This document shows, one piece after another, positions 32,205-43,120 of a stretch of 64,000 bases of DNA. This DNA is from an uncultured Thermoleophilia bacterium (GTDB lineage Bacteria; Actinomycetota; Thermoleophilia; UBA2241), in the NCBI GenBank assembly GCA_963715985.1, contig CAVQSP010000010.1, positions 32,001 through 96,000 on the forward strand, given 5' to 3'. Position 1 is the first letter of the stretch. Every line of letters starts with the position of its first letter. The notes below the pieces were generated by a model. It was not told the DNA's origin. It ran no database searches and saw only the letters and a list, made by a program, of their open reading frames with translations. The position numbers and the translations under genes were made by a program.

Positions 32205-32450
32205 GGAATCCTCCGCTCGTCGAAAGTTGCCTGAAGGACTCTACCCGGAGGGGCACGCCTGCAGTCGGGGCGTGGTCCGCGCGGGTCGCGCCTCGCCCGC
32301 ACTTCCGTCGCTTCACAACTCGCCCAGACCCACTTCAAGAGGTTCTTCACAAGTACGGCGTACCATGACACTCGAAACGTGCGGTACGACCTCTGTGGAC
32401 GCACGTTCCGCACACGAGCGCGTATCGCGCCGGGACAAAGGAGAGCCATC

Positions 32451-32943
32451 TTGAGGAAACGCTGGAAGACGATCGTGATCGCCGTCATGGTCGCCGCGAT
32501 CGGACTGTCGGTCGTGGCCGCGGCCTACGGCGCTACGAAGACCACCAGGGCCGGCAAGGGTCGCGGCGCTTGCGGCACGCTCATGAAGAACCCGCAGGCC
32601 GTCAAGGACATGCAGGCCCTGCGCGCCGAGCATCAGAAGGAGATGCAGGCCTGGTGGGACAAGTACGGCAGCGACCCGAACAGTGCCGAGGCTCAGGCAG
32701 CTCTCAAGGCACTTCGTACGGAGCACTGGAACGACATGAAGGCCCTCTTCAAGAAGTACGGCGTCGCGCTTCCCGCTAACGCCGGCCCCGGTAGCCTGCG
32801 GTGGCGGCAACGGCATGATGGGTGGCGGCAGCGGTGGCTGTGGCGGCGGCGGGTGCGCCGGCGGCAACGACACCACCGGCACCGGCTACGGCAACGGCAT
32901 GATGGGCGGCGGCAGCGGCATGATGGGCGGCTACGCCTACTGA
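32451..32943 (+). CDS. Secreted small helical-repeat protein with a Gly/Met/Cys-rich tail (frameshift near 32795)
   Basis: AAAGGAG RBS with TTG start; signal peptide; repeat LRAEHQKEMQAWWDKYG / LRTEHWNDMKALFKKYG; shifted-frame tail GGNGMMGGGSGGC..GMMGGYAY*. Confidence 0.7.
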
Positions 32944-32954
32944 GTCCGTCGCCA

Positions 32955-32970
32955 CGTTTCACGTGAAACA
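32955..32970. promoter_or_regulatory. parS centromere-like site
   Basis: CGTTTCACGTGAAACA, 15/16 match to the consensus TGTTTCACGTGAAACA; intergenic, origin-proximal, parAB in the same window. Confidence 0.9.
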
Positions 32971-33006
32971 CCGCCGGCCCCGTCACTGCGCCGGCGCAGG
33001 CAGAAG

Positions 33007-33038
33007 ACGAGAAGGGGCCCCTCGGGGCCCCTTCTCGT
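33007..33038. terminator. Bidirectional terminator-like hairpin
   Basis: ACGAGAAGGGGCCCC-TC-GGGGCCCCTTCTCGT between convergent genes. Confidence 0.75.
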
Positions 33039-33089
33039 TGTCCTGGTGGAGCTGGACGGTCTGCCGGCCGGCCCGCTCCGCGAGCGCAG

Positions 33090-34163
33090 CTACGCCTTGA
33101 TGTTCACCGGCTCCGGGTTGCCGGCGCCGGTAGCGTAGGTCTCCTTGAAGATCTCCATGAGCACCGGGCTCTCCCGCACGACCTCCAGCGAGATCACGGC
33201 GTGGTCCTTGGTGTAGCCGTTGCCGATGATCATCGTGGTGTCGGCGCCGATGCCCTCAGCGCCGAGGGCGGCGGACGTGAAGCTCGTCGCCATGGAGAAG
33301 AAGTACACGAGGCCGTCGTCCTTGGTGGCCAGGATCGACGCCATCTCCGTGTTGGGGATGTCGACGCAGTTGATGGTGAGGTCCGCCATCTCGCCGTCCG
33401 TCGCCTTCTTGACCTCCTCGTACACGAACAGCTGGTCGGTCGCGGAGCCCTGGATGATGACGTCGGCGAAGCCGGCCTTCTCGAGGCGCTTTCTGCCGGC
33501 GTCACCGTGGACGAGGCAGATCACCTTGCCGGTCGGCTTGACGCGCTTGCGCGCCTCGTAGGCGCAGAGCAGTCCGCTCTTGCCCCCGGCGCCGATGATG
33601 AACACGGTCTGGCCGGGCTTGCTGAGCTTGGCGGCCTGCGCCGGCGCGCCGGCGACGTCGAGGATGGCCAGCGCCAGCGCCTCGTCCATGTCCGCCGGGA
33701 TCTTGGCGTAGATGCCGGTCTCGAACAGGATCGCCTGCGCCTTGACCTTCACCTGGCAGGTGTCCTTGTTGATCGAGATGACCTCGTCCACCTTGAGGGG
33801 CGTGAGCGAGAGCGACACGAGCGTGGCGATGCGGTCGCCCACGGCGAGGTCGCGGTCCTTGAGCTTGGGGCCGATCTCCTTGACGGTGCCGAGCAGCATG
33901 CCGCCGGACCCCGTGTCGGGGTTGTGGTGCTTGCCGCGCCTGGCGATGATGTCGAGGCTGTGGCGGGCCATCTTCTGCACGTCCCCGCCCTCGGCCTCTT
34001 CGATCTGTGTGAAGCTGGCGGCGTCGATGTTGAGGGTGTCGACCTCGATGAGGATCTCGTCGTCGTAGATCTCCATCGTGTTGTCGACCTTCCACGCCGG
34101 CTGCGGCAGGACTCCCTTGGGCTCAACGACCCTGTGCGCCCCGAACTTGTTGCCTTCCTTCAT
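33090..34163 (-). CDS. kdd: L-erythro-3,5-diaminohexanoate dehydrogenase
   Basis: G.HRV.EP.GVLPQPA, LNIDAASF, NP.TGSGGML, VSLSLTPL, DVAGAP, YFFSMATSF, IGNGY; clustered with kamDE. Confidence 0.92.
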   Translation of the reverse strand: MKEGNKFGAHRVVEPKGVLPQPAWKVDNTMEIYDDEILIEVDTLNIDAASFTQIEEAEGGDVQKMARHSLDIIARRGKHHNPDTGSGGMLLGTVKEIGPKLKDRDLAVGDRIATLVSLSLTPLKVDEVISINKDTCQVKVKAQAILFETGIYAKIPADMDEALALAILDVAGAPAQAAKLSKPGQTVFIIGAGGKSGLLCAYEARKRVKPTGKVICLVHGDAGRKRLEKAGFADVIIQGSATDQLFVYEEVKKATDGEMADLTINCVDIPNTEMASILATKDDGLVYFFSMATSFTSAALGAEGIGADTTMIIGNGYTKDHAVISLEVVRESPVLMEIFKETYATGAGNPEPVNIKA

Positions 34164-34245
34164 GCCCCCTCCTTGTGTCTGCGGCGGCGACGCCTACGCG
34201 AGCCTGCGGAGCGGCTCTTGCGCGGGCGTCGCCGCGGCCTGAGGC

Positions 34246-35442
34246 CTAGGCCTCTACCTTGATCACCGAGCCGGCGCCCTGGCCGCCGCCCACGCAGGCG
34301 CCGGTGAGGCCGATCTCCTGGCCACGCTTCTGGAGCTCGTGGATGAGCGTGACGATCATCCGCGTGCCGGTGTTGCCCAGCGGATGGCCGAGCGCCACCG
34401 CGCCGCCGTTGACGTTGACGATGTCCGCGTCGAGACCGAGCTCGCGAACGGCGAGTGCGGCGACGCAGGCGAACGCCTCGTTGAGCTCGGCGAGCTGGAC
34501 GTCCTTGACTGTGATGCCGGCCTTGTCGAGGGCCATCTGGGCAGCCACGGTCTCGCCGTAGCCCATGATGGCCGGCTCCACACCGGCCGTGGCGTAGCTG
34601 ACCAGCTGGGCGATGGGCTTCAGGCCCAGCTCGGCTGCCTTCTTGCGCGAGGTGACGACCAGCGCGCTGGCGCCGTCGGCGATGGCGGAGGAGTTGCCGG
34701 CCGTCACCACGCCGCCGTCCTTCTTGAAGACCGGCTTGAGGCCCGCGAGCGCCTCAGGGGTGGTCTCGCGCGGGCACTCGTCGGTGTCCACGACCTTGGG
34801 GTCGCCTTTGCGCTGCGGGATCACGACGGGCACGATCTCGTCCTTGAAGCGGCCGGACTTGATGGCCGCCGTCGCGTTGAGCTGGCTCTTGTAGGCGACC
34901 TCGTTCTGGAGCTCCTTGCTGATGCCGAAGCGCTCGCTGAGGTTCTCGGCGGTGAGGCCCATGTGAGTGCCGCCGATGGCGCACCACAGGCCGTCCTGGA
35001 CCATGGTGTCGAACATGGGCGCCGACGGCATGCCCATGCGGTAGCCGCTGCGGCCTTCCTGCAGCACCCACGGCGCGCGGGTCATGTTCTCGGTGCCGCC
35101 GACCAGGTAGATCTCACCGTCGCCGCACTTGATGGCGGCGGCCGCCATGGCGAGCGCCGAGGCGCTCGACACGCAGACACGGTTGACCGTCATGGCCGGC
35201 ACGCTGTCCGGGATGCCGGCCTTCAGCTCGGCCTGGCGGGCGACGTTCTGGCCCAGCCCCGCCTGGATCACGTTGCCGAACAGCACTTCGTCCAGCTGCT
35301 CGCCGCTGACGCCTGCGCGCGCGAGCGCCTCGGTCATGGCGAGGGCGCCGAGCTCCTGCGCCGGAGTGGCGGCGAAGCCGCCCTGGAAGCGGCCCTGGGC
35401 CGTCCGTACCGCGGAGAGAATGACGACGTCGTTGTCAGACAC
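34246..35442 (-). CDS. Acetyl-CoA C-acyltransferase (thiolase)
   Basis: NRVC (nucleophile), TAGNSS..DGA, ELNEAF, GHPLG, CVGGGQG. Confidence 0.94.
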   Translation of the reverse strand: MSDNDVVILSAVRTAQGRFQGGFAATPAQELGALAMTEALARAGVSGEQLDEVLFGNVIQAGLGQNVARQAELKAGIPDSVPAMTVNRVCVSSASALAMAAAAIKCGDGEIYLVGGTENMTRAPWVLQEGRSGYRMGMPSAPMFDTMVQDGLWCAIGGTHMGLTAENLSERFGISKELQNEVAYKSQLNATAAIKSGRFKDEIVPVVIPQRKGDPKVVDTDECPRETTPEALAGLKPVFKKDGGVVTAGNSSAIADGASALVVTSRKKAAELGLKPIAQLVSYATAGVEPAIMGYGETVAAQMALDKAGITVKDVQLAELNEAFACVAALAVRELGLDADIVNVNGGAVALGHPLGNTGTRMIVTLIHELQKRGQEIGLTGACVGGGQGAGSVIKVEA

Positions 35443-35548
35443 TATGGCCTCCTTGTGCCAGTCCGTGTGTGCCTGCAGCCCCCGTCGCGTTCCTTCCGCT
35501 CTGCATCACGACACATCGTTTTGACTTGCTGCTGTTCATGGTACCGGT

Positions 35549-36283
35549 TCAGTCGCCCGCTTGCCGCCGCACGACCTCCTGGGCCAGGAACGAGGCGACC
35601 TCGAGAGGCGTCGTGCGAGGGCCGAACCCCGCGTCGTACCCCAACTCCTTGGCGAAGGCGTTGTTGATGCGCGGTCCGCCGACGATGAGGACGAAGCGTT
35701 CGCGCACGCCCTCGGCCTCGAGGAGCTCGATGAGCTGCGTGAGGTGCTGCACGTGGATGTTCTTCTGGGTGACGATCTGGCTCACGAGGATGGCGTCGGC
35801 GCCGCGCTCGAGGGCCGTCTTGAGCAGCTGTGCGCAGGGGATCTGCGAGCCCATGTTGAGGGCGTCCATCTCCGGGTAGCGCTCGAGCCCGTAGTTCCCG
35901 GCGAAGCCCTTCATGTTCATGATCGCGTCGATCCCCACCGTGTGCGCGTCGCTCTCGATGGCGGCGCCGACGACGCTGAGCTTGCGGCCGAGCTTCTCCT
36001 TGATGAGCGCGTTGATGGCGTAGTAGTTCATCTCCTCGACCTCGAGGTAGTCGCCCTTCACCTCGTCCGGGTCGATGCCGGCATCGGTGCGCCCGTATGC
36101 GACGTAGAACGTGTAGTCGGGGTCGATCGCCTTGCACTCGGCGATGCCCACCGTGTGGAAGCCGAGCTTCTCGAGGAACTGCTTGCCCACGTCGGCGGCC
36201 TTGACCGAGTAGGTGATCGGAAGGGTGAACGAGAACTGGATGACGCCGTCATCACGAGTATCACCGTACGGCTTGACTAGCAT
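35549..36283 (-). CDS. kamE: Lysine 5,6-aminomutase beta subunit (cobalamin-binding)
   Basis: VKPYGDT.DDG..Q.SFTLP, DAHTVG (DxHxxG), MNMKG (PLP lysine), ELGYDAGFG. Confidence 0.93.
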   Translation of the reverse strand: MLVKPYGDTRDDGVIQFSFTLPITYSVKAADVGKQFLEKLGFHTVGIAECKAIDPDYTFYVAYGRTDAGIDPDEVKGDYLEVEEMNYYAINALIKEKLGRKLSVVGAAIESDAHTVGIDAIMNMKGFAGNYGLERYPEMDALNMGSQIPCAQLLKTALERGADAILVSQIVTQKNIHVQHLTQLIELLEAEGVRERFVLIVGGPRINNAFAKELGYDAGFGPRTTPLEVASFLAQEVVRRQAGD

Positions 36284-37889
36284 CAGTGCCCCCTCCCTCT
36301 GCCGAGAGTGACGCGCCGGGCGCGGGGCCTTCGGGCGCGCCGTCCATGCGGCCCTCACGAAGCGCCGCGAAGAACGGGTTGAAGTAGTCGGCCGCGTGGC
36401 GGAACACGCCCTCGTGGCCGCGCCCGCCCTTGGGGTCGCGCTTCACGTCGGCGAACTCGCCCAGCTCCAGCGCCCTGAAGAGGCCGATGGAGCGCACGTG
36501 CTCCAGCTGATCTACGGCCTTCTGCAGCTGGTCGTTGGCGCGTTGCTCGATCATGCCGCCGGGTTTGAAGGTGATCTCGCCGGCGAGGTCGCGGCACGAC
36601 TCGAACACGTACTTGGCGTTCTTGATGCTCACGTAGCGGTCCTGGAGGAGCGGCGTGTGCAGCGCCTCGGTGAGCATCCCCAGCAACATGATCTCCTGGC
36701 CGGTGAAGATGCCGGTGAAGTTGAACATGCCGTCGATGATGTGGCCCTGGAAGATGTCGCCCGGCATGTACTTGGTGGGCGGCATGTACTTGAGGGGGTA
36801 GCCCGGGAAGAGCTCGCGGACGAGCTGGGCGTCGGCGATCTGGTACACGACCTGGTCCGGCTTGCCCGGATCGATCTCGAACGCATGGCCGAGGCCGATC
36901 TGCCACGGCTCCAGGTTGGCGCGCAGGGCGAAGGCCTCGTTGATGAAGTCCGAGCTGACCACCGTGTAGCCCTTCTCAAAGGCGTCTGCGGTGGTCAGGT
37001 AGTTGTCCTCGCCGGTGTTGATGATGATGCCGGCGCGCGCGTTGATGAGGCGCGAGAGGTACTGGTCGACGAACGTGCGCTCCATGTTGATGTTGCGGAA
37101 GATGATGCCGTACATGGAGTCGTTGAGCATCATGTCGAGGCGCTCGAGCGCCCCCATGGTGGCGATCTCCGGCATGCAGAGGCCGCTGGCGTAGTTGCAC
37201 AGACGCACGTAGCGGCCGAGCTCCTCGCCGACGTCATCCAGGGCGGCACGCATGAGGCGGAAGTTCTCCTGGGTGGCGTAGGTGCCGCCGAAGCCCTCCG
37301 TGGTCTCGCCGTAGGGCACGTAGTCCAGCAGGCTCTGCGCTGTGGTGCGGATGACGGCGATCACGTCGGCGCCGGCGCGCGCCGCCGCCTTGGCCTGCGC
37401 GGCGTCCTCGTAGATGTTGCCGGTGGCGACGATGACGTACACGTAGGGCTTCACGGGCTCGCCGACCTCGGCCACGAGCTCGTTGCGCCGCCGCCGCACG
37501 GCGTCGATACGCGCCACGCCCTCGGCGGCGAGCTCGGCGGCGCGCGCGTCCACGGCCTCGCGCCGTTCGGCCGCCACTGCAGCCAAGGCGAGGTCGCCGC
37601 CGGCGACGCCCTCGGCGACCTCCTGGGCACTGCGTCCCGTCTGCAGCATGACGTCGACGAAGGGCCGCATGATGCCGCCCGGCAACAGCTCGCGCGCGTG
37701 CTCCGCCACGACGTTCACGAGGGGCACATCGATCTCGTTGACGCCGGCCACGCCGAGCAGCCGCAGCGTCGCCCGCTCGGTGCTGTCCGTGGTGTGTGCG
37801 TCGATGTGTTTCTGGATGTCGTCGGCCACGGCCTCGGCCGCCGCGCGGGCGCGGCCGACCAGGCCCTGGTCGAGACGGAGCGCGTCCAT
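36261..37889 (-). CDS. kamD: Lysine 5,6-aminomutase alpha subunit
   Basis: IVATGNIYED, GAD.IAVIRTTAQSLLDYVP, GTYATQENF, NYASGLCMPE, KYMPPTK. Confidence 0.94.
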   Translation of the reverse strand: MDALRLDQGLVGRARAAAEAVADDIQKHIDAHTTDSTERATLRLLGVAGVNEIDVPLVNVVAEHARELLPGGIMRPFVDVMLQTGRSAQEVAEGVAGGDLALAAVAAERREAVDARAAELAAEGVARIDAVRRRRNELVAEVGEPVKPYVYVIVATGNIYEDAAQAKAAARAGADVIAVIRTTAQSLLDYVPYGETTEGFGGTYATQENFRLMRAALDDVGEELGRYVRLCNYASGLCMPEIATMGALERLDMMLNDSMYGIIFRNINMERTFVDQYLSRLINARAGIIINTGEDNYLTTADAFEKGYTVVSSDFINEAFALRANLEPWQIGLGHAFEIDPGKPDQVVYQIADAQLVRELFPGYPLKYMPPTKYMPGDIFQGHIIDGMFNFTGIFTGQEIMLLGMLTEALHTPLLQDRYVSIKNAKYVFESCRDLAGEITFKPGGMIEQRANDQLQKAVDQLEHVRSIGLFRALELGEFADVKRDPKGGRGHEGVFRHAADYFNPFFAALREGRMDGAPEGPAPGASLSAEGGGTDASQAVR

Positions 37890-37896
37890 CAGTGCA

Positions 37897-39033
37897 TCAC
37901 CTGCTTTCGAGTCGGGAGAGGTCGCGTCGGGAGGGCGCGCCGTCCGGGAGCGAGGCGCGCGCGTTGACGACGTCGAACACGGGCACGCGGTCGCCGATGG
38001 CCCCGGCGACTGCGTTGAAGAAGACCTGGGGCTGGTACGGCTGCGGTACGCGGAACGGGTTGGCGGTGACGGCGAGCACACGCAGTGGCGTAAGGACCTC
38101 TACCGTCACGCCTCGTCGCACCAGCCTGGCCACGTGCGCCGGGGGAAGCACGAGCACGGTGGCGTCGCGCACCACCAGGCGCAGCGTGCGGCGCGGCGGC
38201 AGCACGCGCGTGAAGTCGTCTACGAACTCCTGCGTGAGCGCCCCGCCCACGTAGAGCGTGCGTGTGTCCAGACGCGTGACCGCGCGAGCCACCGTGACGC
38301 CTTCGCCCACCACGGTGTCCACCTGCAAGGGCACGGCGCTACGGCGCCCGTCGAACGAGACGGCGCGGGCCTGCCGCGCGACATACGGCTCGAGCAGCGT
38401 GCGCGTCTCGGCGTCGACGGCGGACAGCATGAGCATGTCCACGGCCGCCGCCGTGGCCTCGAGTACGTCGTCGAGCGTGTCGCCGACCATGCCGCCGGTG
38501 GCCAGCACGACGCCGTCGCTCACGCGTGGTGACGCGCTGCCGATGCGGTTGATGGCGCCGTCCACGAGCACCTGCTCGGCGCCGTGGGCCTGGAGCCGCT
38601 CGATGGTGACGTGCAGCTCGGCGAGGGTGGTGGGCCCGCTGACCTCCACCTCGCCCTTCCCGGCGCGCCCGATGACCACCCGACCGAGCGGCGTGTGGAA
38701 GGGCAGTTCCTCCAGCACCTCCATGGCGTAGTGCGAGCGCTCCAGCGAGCCCTGTGTCGTGGCGATCAGGGTGCCGGGCGGAGGCGAGATGCGCGGCTTC
38801 GCGAGGCCGGTGAGGTGATCGGTCCGCTCACCGTCGAGACCGAGCGACGTGAGCCCGAAGAGGTGAGACGAGTTGGCCATCAGCGCGTTGACCACGGTGG
38901 TCTTGCCGGCGTTCTTCACGAGCCCGATAACGGCCAGCGAACGGCTGCCGGAGGCGGCGATGATGTCGTAGAGGGCGTCGACGGTGGCGGCGTCGGGCGG
39001 TGCGCTGCCGGCGGCGCGGAGCGGGCGGGTCAC
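37897..39033 (-). CDS. P-loop protein associated with lysine 5,6-aminomutase clusters (KamB-like, putative reactivase component)
   Basis: IGLVKNAGKTT, GLTSLGLDGE..D, TPLG.V, DGAINR; directly upstream of kamD. Confidence 0.7.
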   Translation of the reverse strand: MTRPLRAAGSAPPDAATVDALYDIIAASGSRSLAVIGLVKNAGKTTVVNALMANSSHLFGLTSLGLDGERTDHLTGLAKPRISPPPGTLIATTQGSLERSHYAMEVLEELPFHTPLGRVVIGRAGKGEVEVSGPTTLAELHVTIERLQAHGAEQVLVDGAINRIGSASPRVSDGVVLATGGMVGDTLDDVLEATAAAVDMLMLSAVDAETRTLLEPYVARQARAVSFDGRRSAVPLQVDTVVGEGVTVARAVTRLDTRTLYVGGALTQEFVDDFTRVLPPRRTLRLVVRDATVLVLPPAHVARLVRRGVTVEVLTPLRVLAVTANPFRVPQPYQPQVFFNAVAGAIGDRVPVFDVVNARASLPDGAPSRRDLSRLESR

Positions 39034-39779
39034 GTCGTGCCTCCCGCATCGTCGGCCACCGCGTCCGCGCGCGCAGCGCCCGCCGGCGCGCCGGTGGCTG
39101 CACCGTTCGCCGTGCCGTTCGCTCCCGTGCCGCGGCGGATCTCCTTGAGGTAGCTGAAGATCGTGTACCGCGACAGGTCGAGCGCCTCGGCGACCTGCTC
39201 GGCAGAGCGCTTCACGAGGAAGGTGCCGCGCTCCTCCAGCCGCTTGACGACCTCCATCTTCTCTTCGCGCGACATGGCGGCCGGCGTCTTGCCCATCTCC
39301 CCGAGGATGGTGGTGACCATGCCGGCGACCACGTCGCGGATGTCGCCGGCGAAGATCTCGGCCGCCTCGGGCACGGCCTCACCCCCAAGGCGGCCGACCG
39401 CGGTGAGGTTGGCGAGGGCGCGCTGCGCCTGAACGATCTCGGAGATGTCCACGTTCAGGCCCAGCAGCCCCAGCGGCCGGCCGTCCTCGTCGCGCAGCGT
39501 CACCGCCAGCGACTTGAGGAGCTTGCCGTCGTGCGTCGTCAGGTACAGGCGCACGTCGTTGGCCTCGTCGGCGTTGTGGAGGTTGCGGAGCATGCGGTCG
39601 GTGGGCGCGTCCCCCACCGTGCGACCGGTGACGGCACCGTTCTCGATGGCGACGATGGAGTGCGGCAGCTGCGCGACGTCGTGGAGCACCACTTCGCAGT
39701 CCTGGCCGAACAGCTCGGCGAGGCCTCGCACGACGGGCAGAAAGGCACGAAGACGCGGATCGAGGTGCTCTCCGGGCAC
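39030..39779 (-). CDS. YheO-like PAS + HTH transcriptional regulator
   Basis: FGQDCEVVLHD..SIVAIENG.VTGR.VG, LKS, L.ERG.F.VK......A..L..SRYTIFSYL. Confidence 0.88.
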   Translation of the reverse strand: MPGEHLDPRLRAFLPVVRGLAELFGQDCEVVLHDVAQLPHSIVAIENGAVTGRTVGDAPTDRMLRNLHNADEANDVRLYLTTHDGKLLKSLAVTLRDEDGRPLGLLGLNVDISEIVQAQRALANLTAVGRLGGEAVPEAAEIFAGDIRDVVAGMVTTILGEMGKTPAAMSREEKMEVVKRLEERGTFLVKRSAEQVAEALDLSRYTIFSYLKEIRRGTGANGTANGAATGAPAGAARADAVADDAGGTT

Positions 39780-39845
39780 GTCGCCCTCCGGTCGGCCCGG
39801 CGTGGCGCCGGGCGCCCCAAGGCGCCGGTGCGTCCTTGGACGTCA

Positions 39846-39875
39846 GGTATACACCGGCGCGCGGTCGCCTGTCAA
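39846..39875 (-). promoter_or_regulatory. Putative sigma70-type promoter of the kam operon
   Basis: Minus strand TTGACA-N18-TATACC upstream of the regulator gene. Confidence 0.55.
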
Positions 39876-39990
39876 AAAGAGTGGAAGTGCTACCCGGAAG
39901 AGTGGGAACCCGGACACGAGGCGGCGGCCGGCGGCGCTTCCGCGCCGCCGGCCGCCGTCAGGCTGCCGACCCTCAGTGCGGCCGGATCCG

Positions 39991-41163
<1,173 letters not shown>

Positions 41164-41302
41164 CGTCGTCCTTTCGTGTGTGCGTCGTCTGCATGCGGGC
41201 GCAGGCATCTGCTCGGCGCAGGCCTGCCGTCCGCAATGATGTCCGCTCCGTGTTAAGTGCTCGGGCGGCGGCATTGAGTAACGCCGGCGCCCGCATTAAC
41301 GC

Positions 41303-43090
41303 TCATGAATCGCCGTTGGGCGGCCTCCGCCGCGGTCGTCTCGGCAGGCGCACGATGAAGCTTGCGCCGCGGCCCCTGCCGGCCTCGGCGCTGATGCTGC
41401 CGCCCATCATCTCCGTGAGCTCCCTGGCGATGGAGAGGCCGAGACCGGCGCCCGCGGTGCTGGCGCGCTCCTCGCTGCCGCGGTGGAAGCGCTCGAAAAC
41501 GTGCGGCAGCTCGGCCGCCGGGATGCCCGGCCCGTCGTCGCTCACGACGATGGTCGCCCAGGCCGGGTCGCCCTCGGCGGCGATGCGGATGCTGCTGCCG
41601 GGCGGCGAGAACTTGACGGCGTTGTCCACGAGCGCGCGCAGCACCTGGGCCAGGCGCTGCTCGTCGCACCATGCCGTGAGCGGCTCGCCGTCCTCCACAC
41701 TCAGCGTGAGCTCGTTGGCCTGCGCCTGTACCTGGAACTCGTCGAGCACGGAGCGCGCCACCGTCTCGAGGTCCACGTCCTCGGGCTGCAGCTCCAGGGA
41801 ACCGGCCTCGACCGTGGAGAGGTCGAGCATGCTCACGGCGAGGTTGCGCAGGCGGTCGACCTGCTGGCGCATGAGCTGCAGGAACTCGCTCTGCTCCTCG
41901 GGGCTGACGTTGCCCTCGTCGATGAGCTCGAGGAAGCCTGCAAGGGAGAACAACGGCGTCTTGAACTCGTGCGAGGCGTTGGCGATGAGGTCGCGGCGGG
42001 CGCGCTCGAGGCGCGCCTGCGCGGTCACGTCGCGGAGCACGAGGATGGACGTGAAGTCTGCGTCGCCGGCCACGGGGTACGTGGTGGCCTCCAGCGTGCG
42101 GTCGCCGTGGACGAACACCACGGCCTGCACGTCGTCCTCGCGGCGCGACTCGCGCCAGGCGTCGGCCACGTCCACCGGGAACTGCTCGTCGATGCTCCCC
42201 CCCACCGGCAGCGGCTCGCCGAGCAGGTCGGCCGAGGCGGGGTTGGCGATGGTCACGGCGCCCTCCGCCGAGAGGCCGATGACGCCCTCGCTGAGGTCGT
42301 TGAGGAGGACCTCCACGCGGTCGCGCTCGTACTCGACTTGCGCGAACGCGCCGGTGAGGCGCTCTGCCATGATGTTGAAGGTGTCGGCGAGCTGACCGAT
42401 CTCGTCTTCCACGGTGGCCGGCACCTTGGCCGAGAGATCGCCGGCGGCGATGGCCTCGGCGCTGCGCTCGATGCGCTTCAGGCGCCGGGCGATGAAGTAC
42501 GAGGCCATGTAGCCGAGCAGAAGGCTGATGCCGAGCGCCAGGACCGTGGCGAACAGCAGCTGGCGCTGGACGGCGGCCACCGCGTTGGACACGTCCTTGA
42601 GGGAGGCCACCACGAGCACGGTGCCGTACACCGTGCCGGTGGTGGTGTCGACCAGCGGCACGGCCGTGGCCGCATACCTGCCGGAGGCCGTGTCCACAAC
42701 GCCCTGCGCCGGGCGCCCCGTGGTCAGCGACTCCGGGATCATCGGGTAGTCGCCCACGTCGAAGGTGCCGACGCCCCCCGAGTCCTGGCGCGGCACCTGG
42801 TTGCGCGTGATGAGGACGATGCGCGCATTGAACTTCATCCCCAGCAGCGAGATGGTGCGCTGCAGAGCGTTGGGGTCGATGATGCCCATGTCGCCGTTGC
42901 CGAGGTCCACCACGCCGCTCGTGGCCACCGTGTTCCCGATCAGGGTGGCGTTGACGAGGTGGTCCCCGAGCTTCTGCTGCTCGAGGCGGCTGGTCAGCGG
43001 CGGGATGACGTAGATGTAGGCGACCAGCATGGCCAGCGCCACGAGGGCGAGGATGAGGACGGTCAGCCAGTTCTTTACGGAGCGGAACAT
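41303..43090 (-). CDS. Sensor histidine kinase (2 TM, HAMP, PAS, HisKA, HATPase)
   Basis: DEIGQLADTFN, SHEFKTPL, DNAVKF, DDGPGI, FERF, GAGLGL. Confidence 0.94.
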   Translation of the reverse strand: MFRSVKNWLTVLILALVALAMLVAYIYVIPPLTSRLEQQKLGDHLVNATLIGNTVATSGVVDLGNGDMGIIDPNALQRTISLLGMKFNARIVLITRNQVPRQDSGGVGTFDVGDYPMIPESLTTGRPAQGVVDTASGRYAATAVPLVDTTTGTVYGTVLVVASLKDVSNAVAAVQRQLLFATVLALGISLLLGYMASYFIARRLKRIERSAEAIAAGDLSAKVPATVEDEIGQLADTFNIMAERLTGAFAQVEYERDRVEVLLNDLSEGVIGLSAEGAVTIANPASADLLGEPLPVGGSIDEQFPVDVADAWRESRREDDVQAVVFVHGDRTLEATTYPVAGDADFTSILVLRDVTAQARLERARRDLIANASHEFKTPLFSLAGFLELIDEGNVSPEEQSEFLQLMRQQVDRLRNLAVSMLDLSTVEAGSLELQPEDVDLETVARSVLDEFQVQAQANELTLSVEDGEPLTAWCDEQRLAQVLRALVDNAVKFSPPGSSIRIAAEGDPAWATIVVSDDGPGIPAAELPHVFERFHRGSEERASTAGAGLGLSIARELTEMMGGSISAEAGRGRGASFIVRLPRRPRRRPPNGDS

Positions 43091-43120
43091 ACGGATGGGG
43101 CGCCTGCGCGCCGCCCTCTA

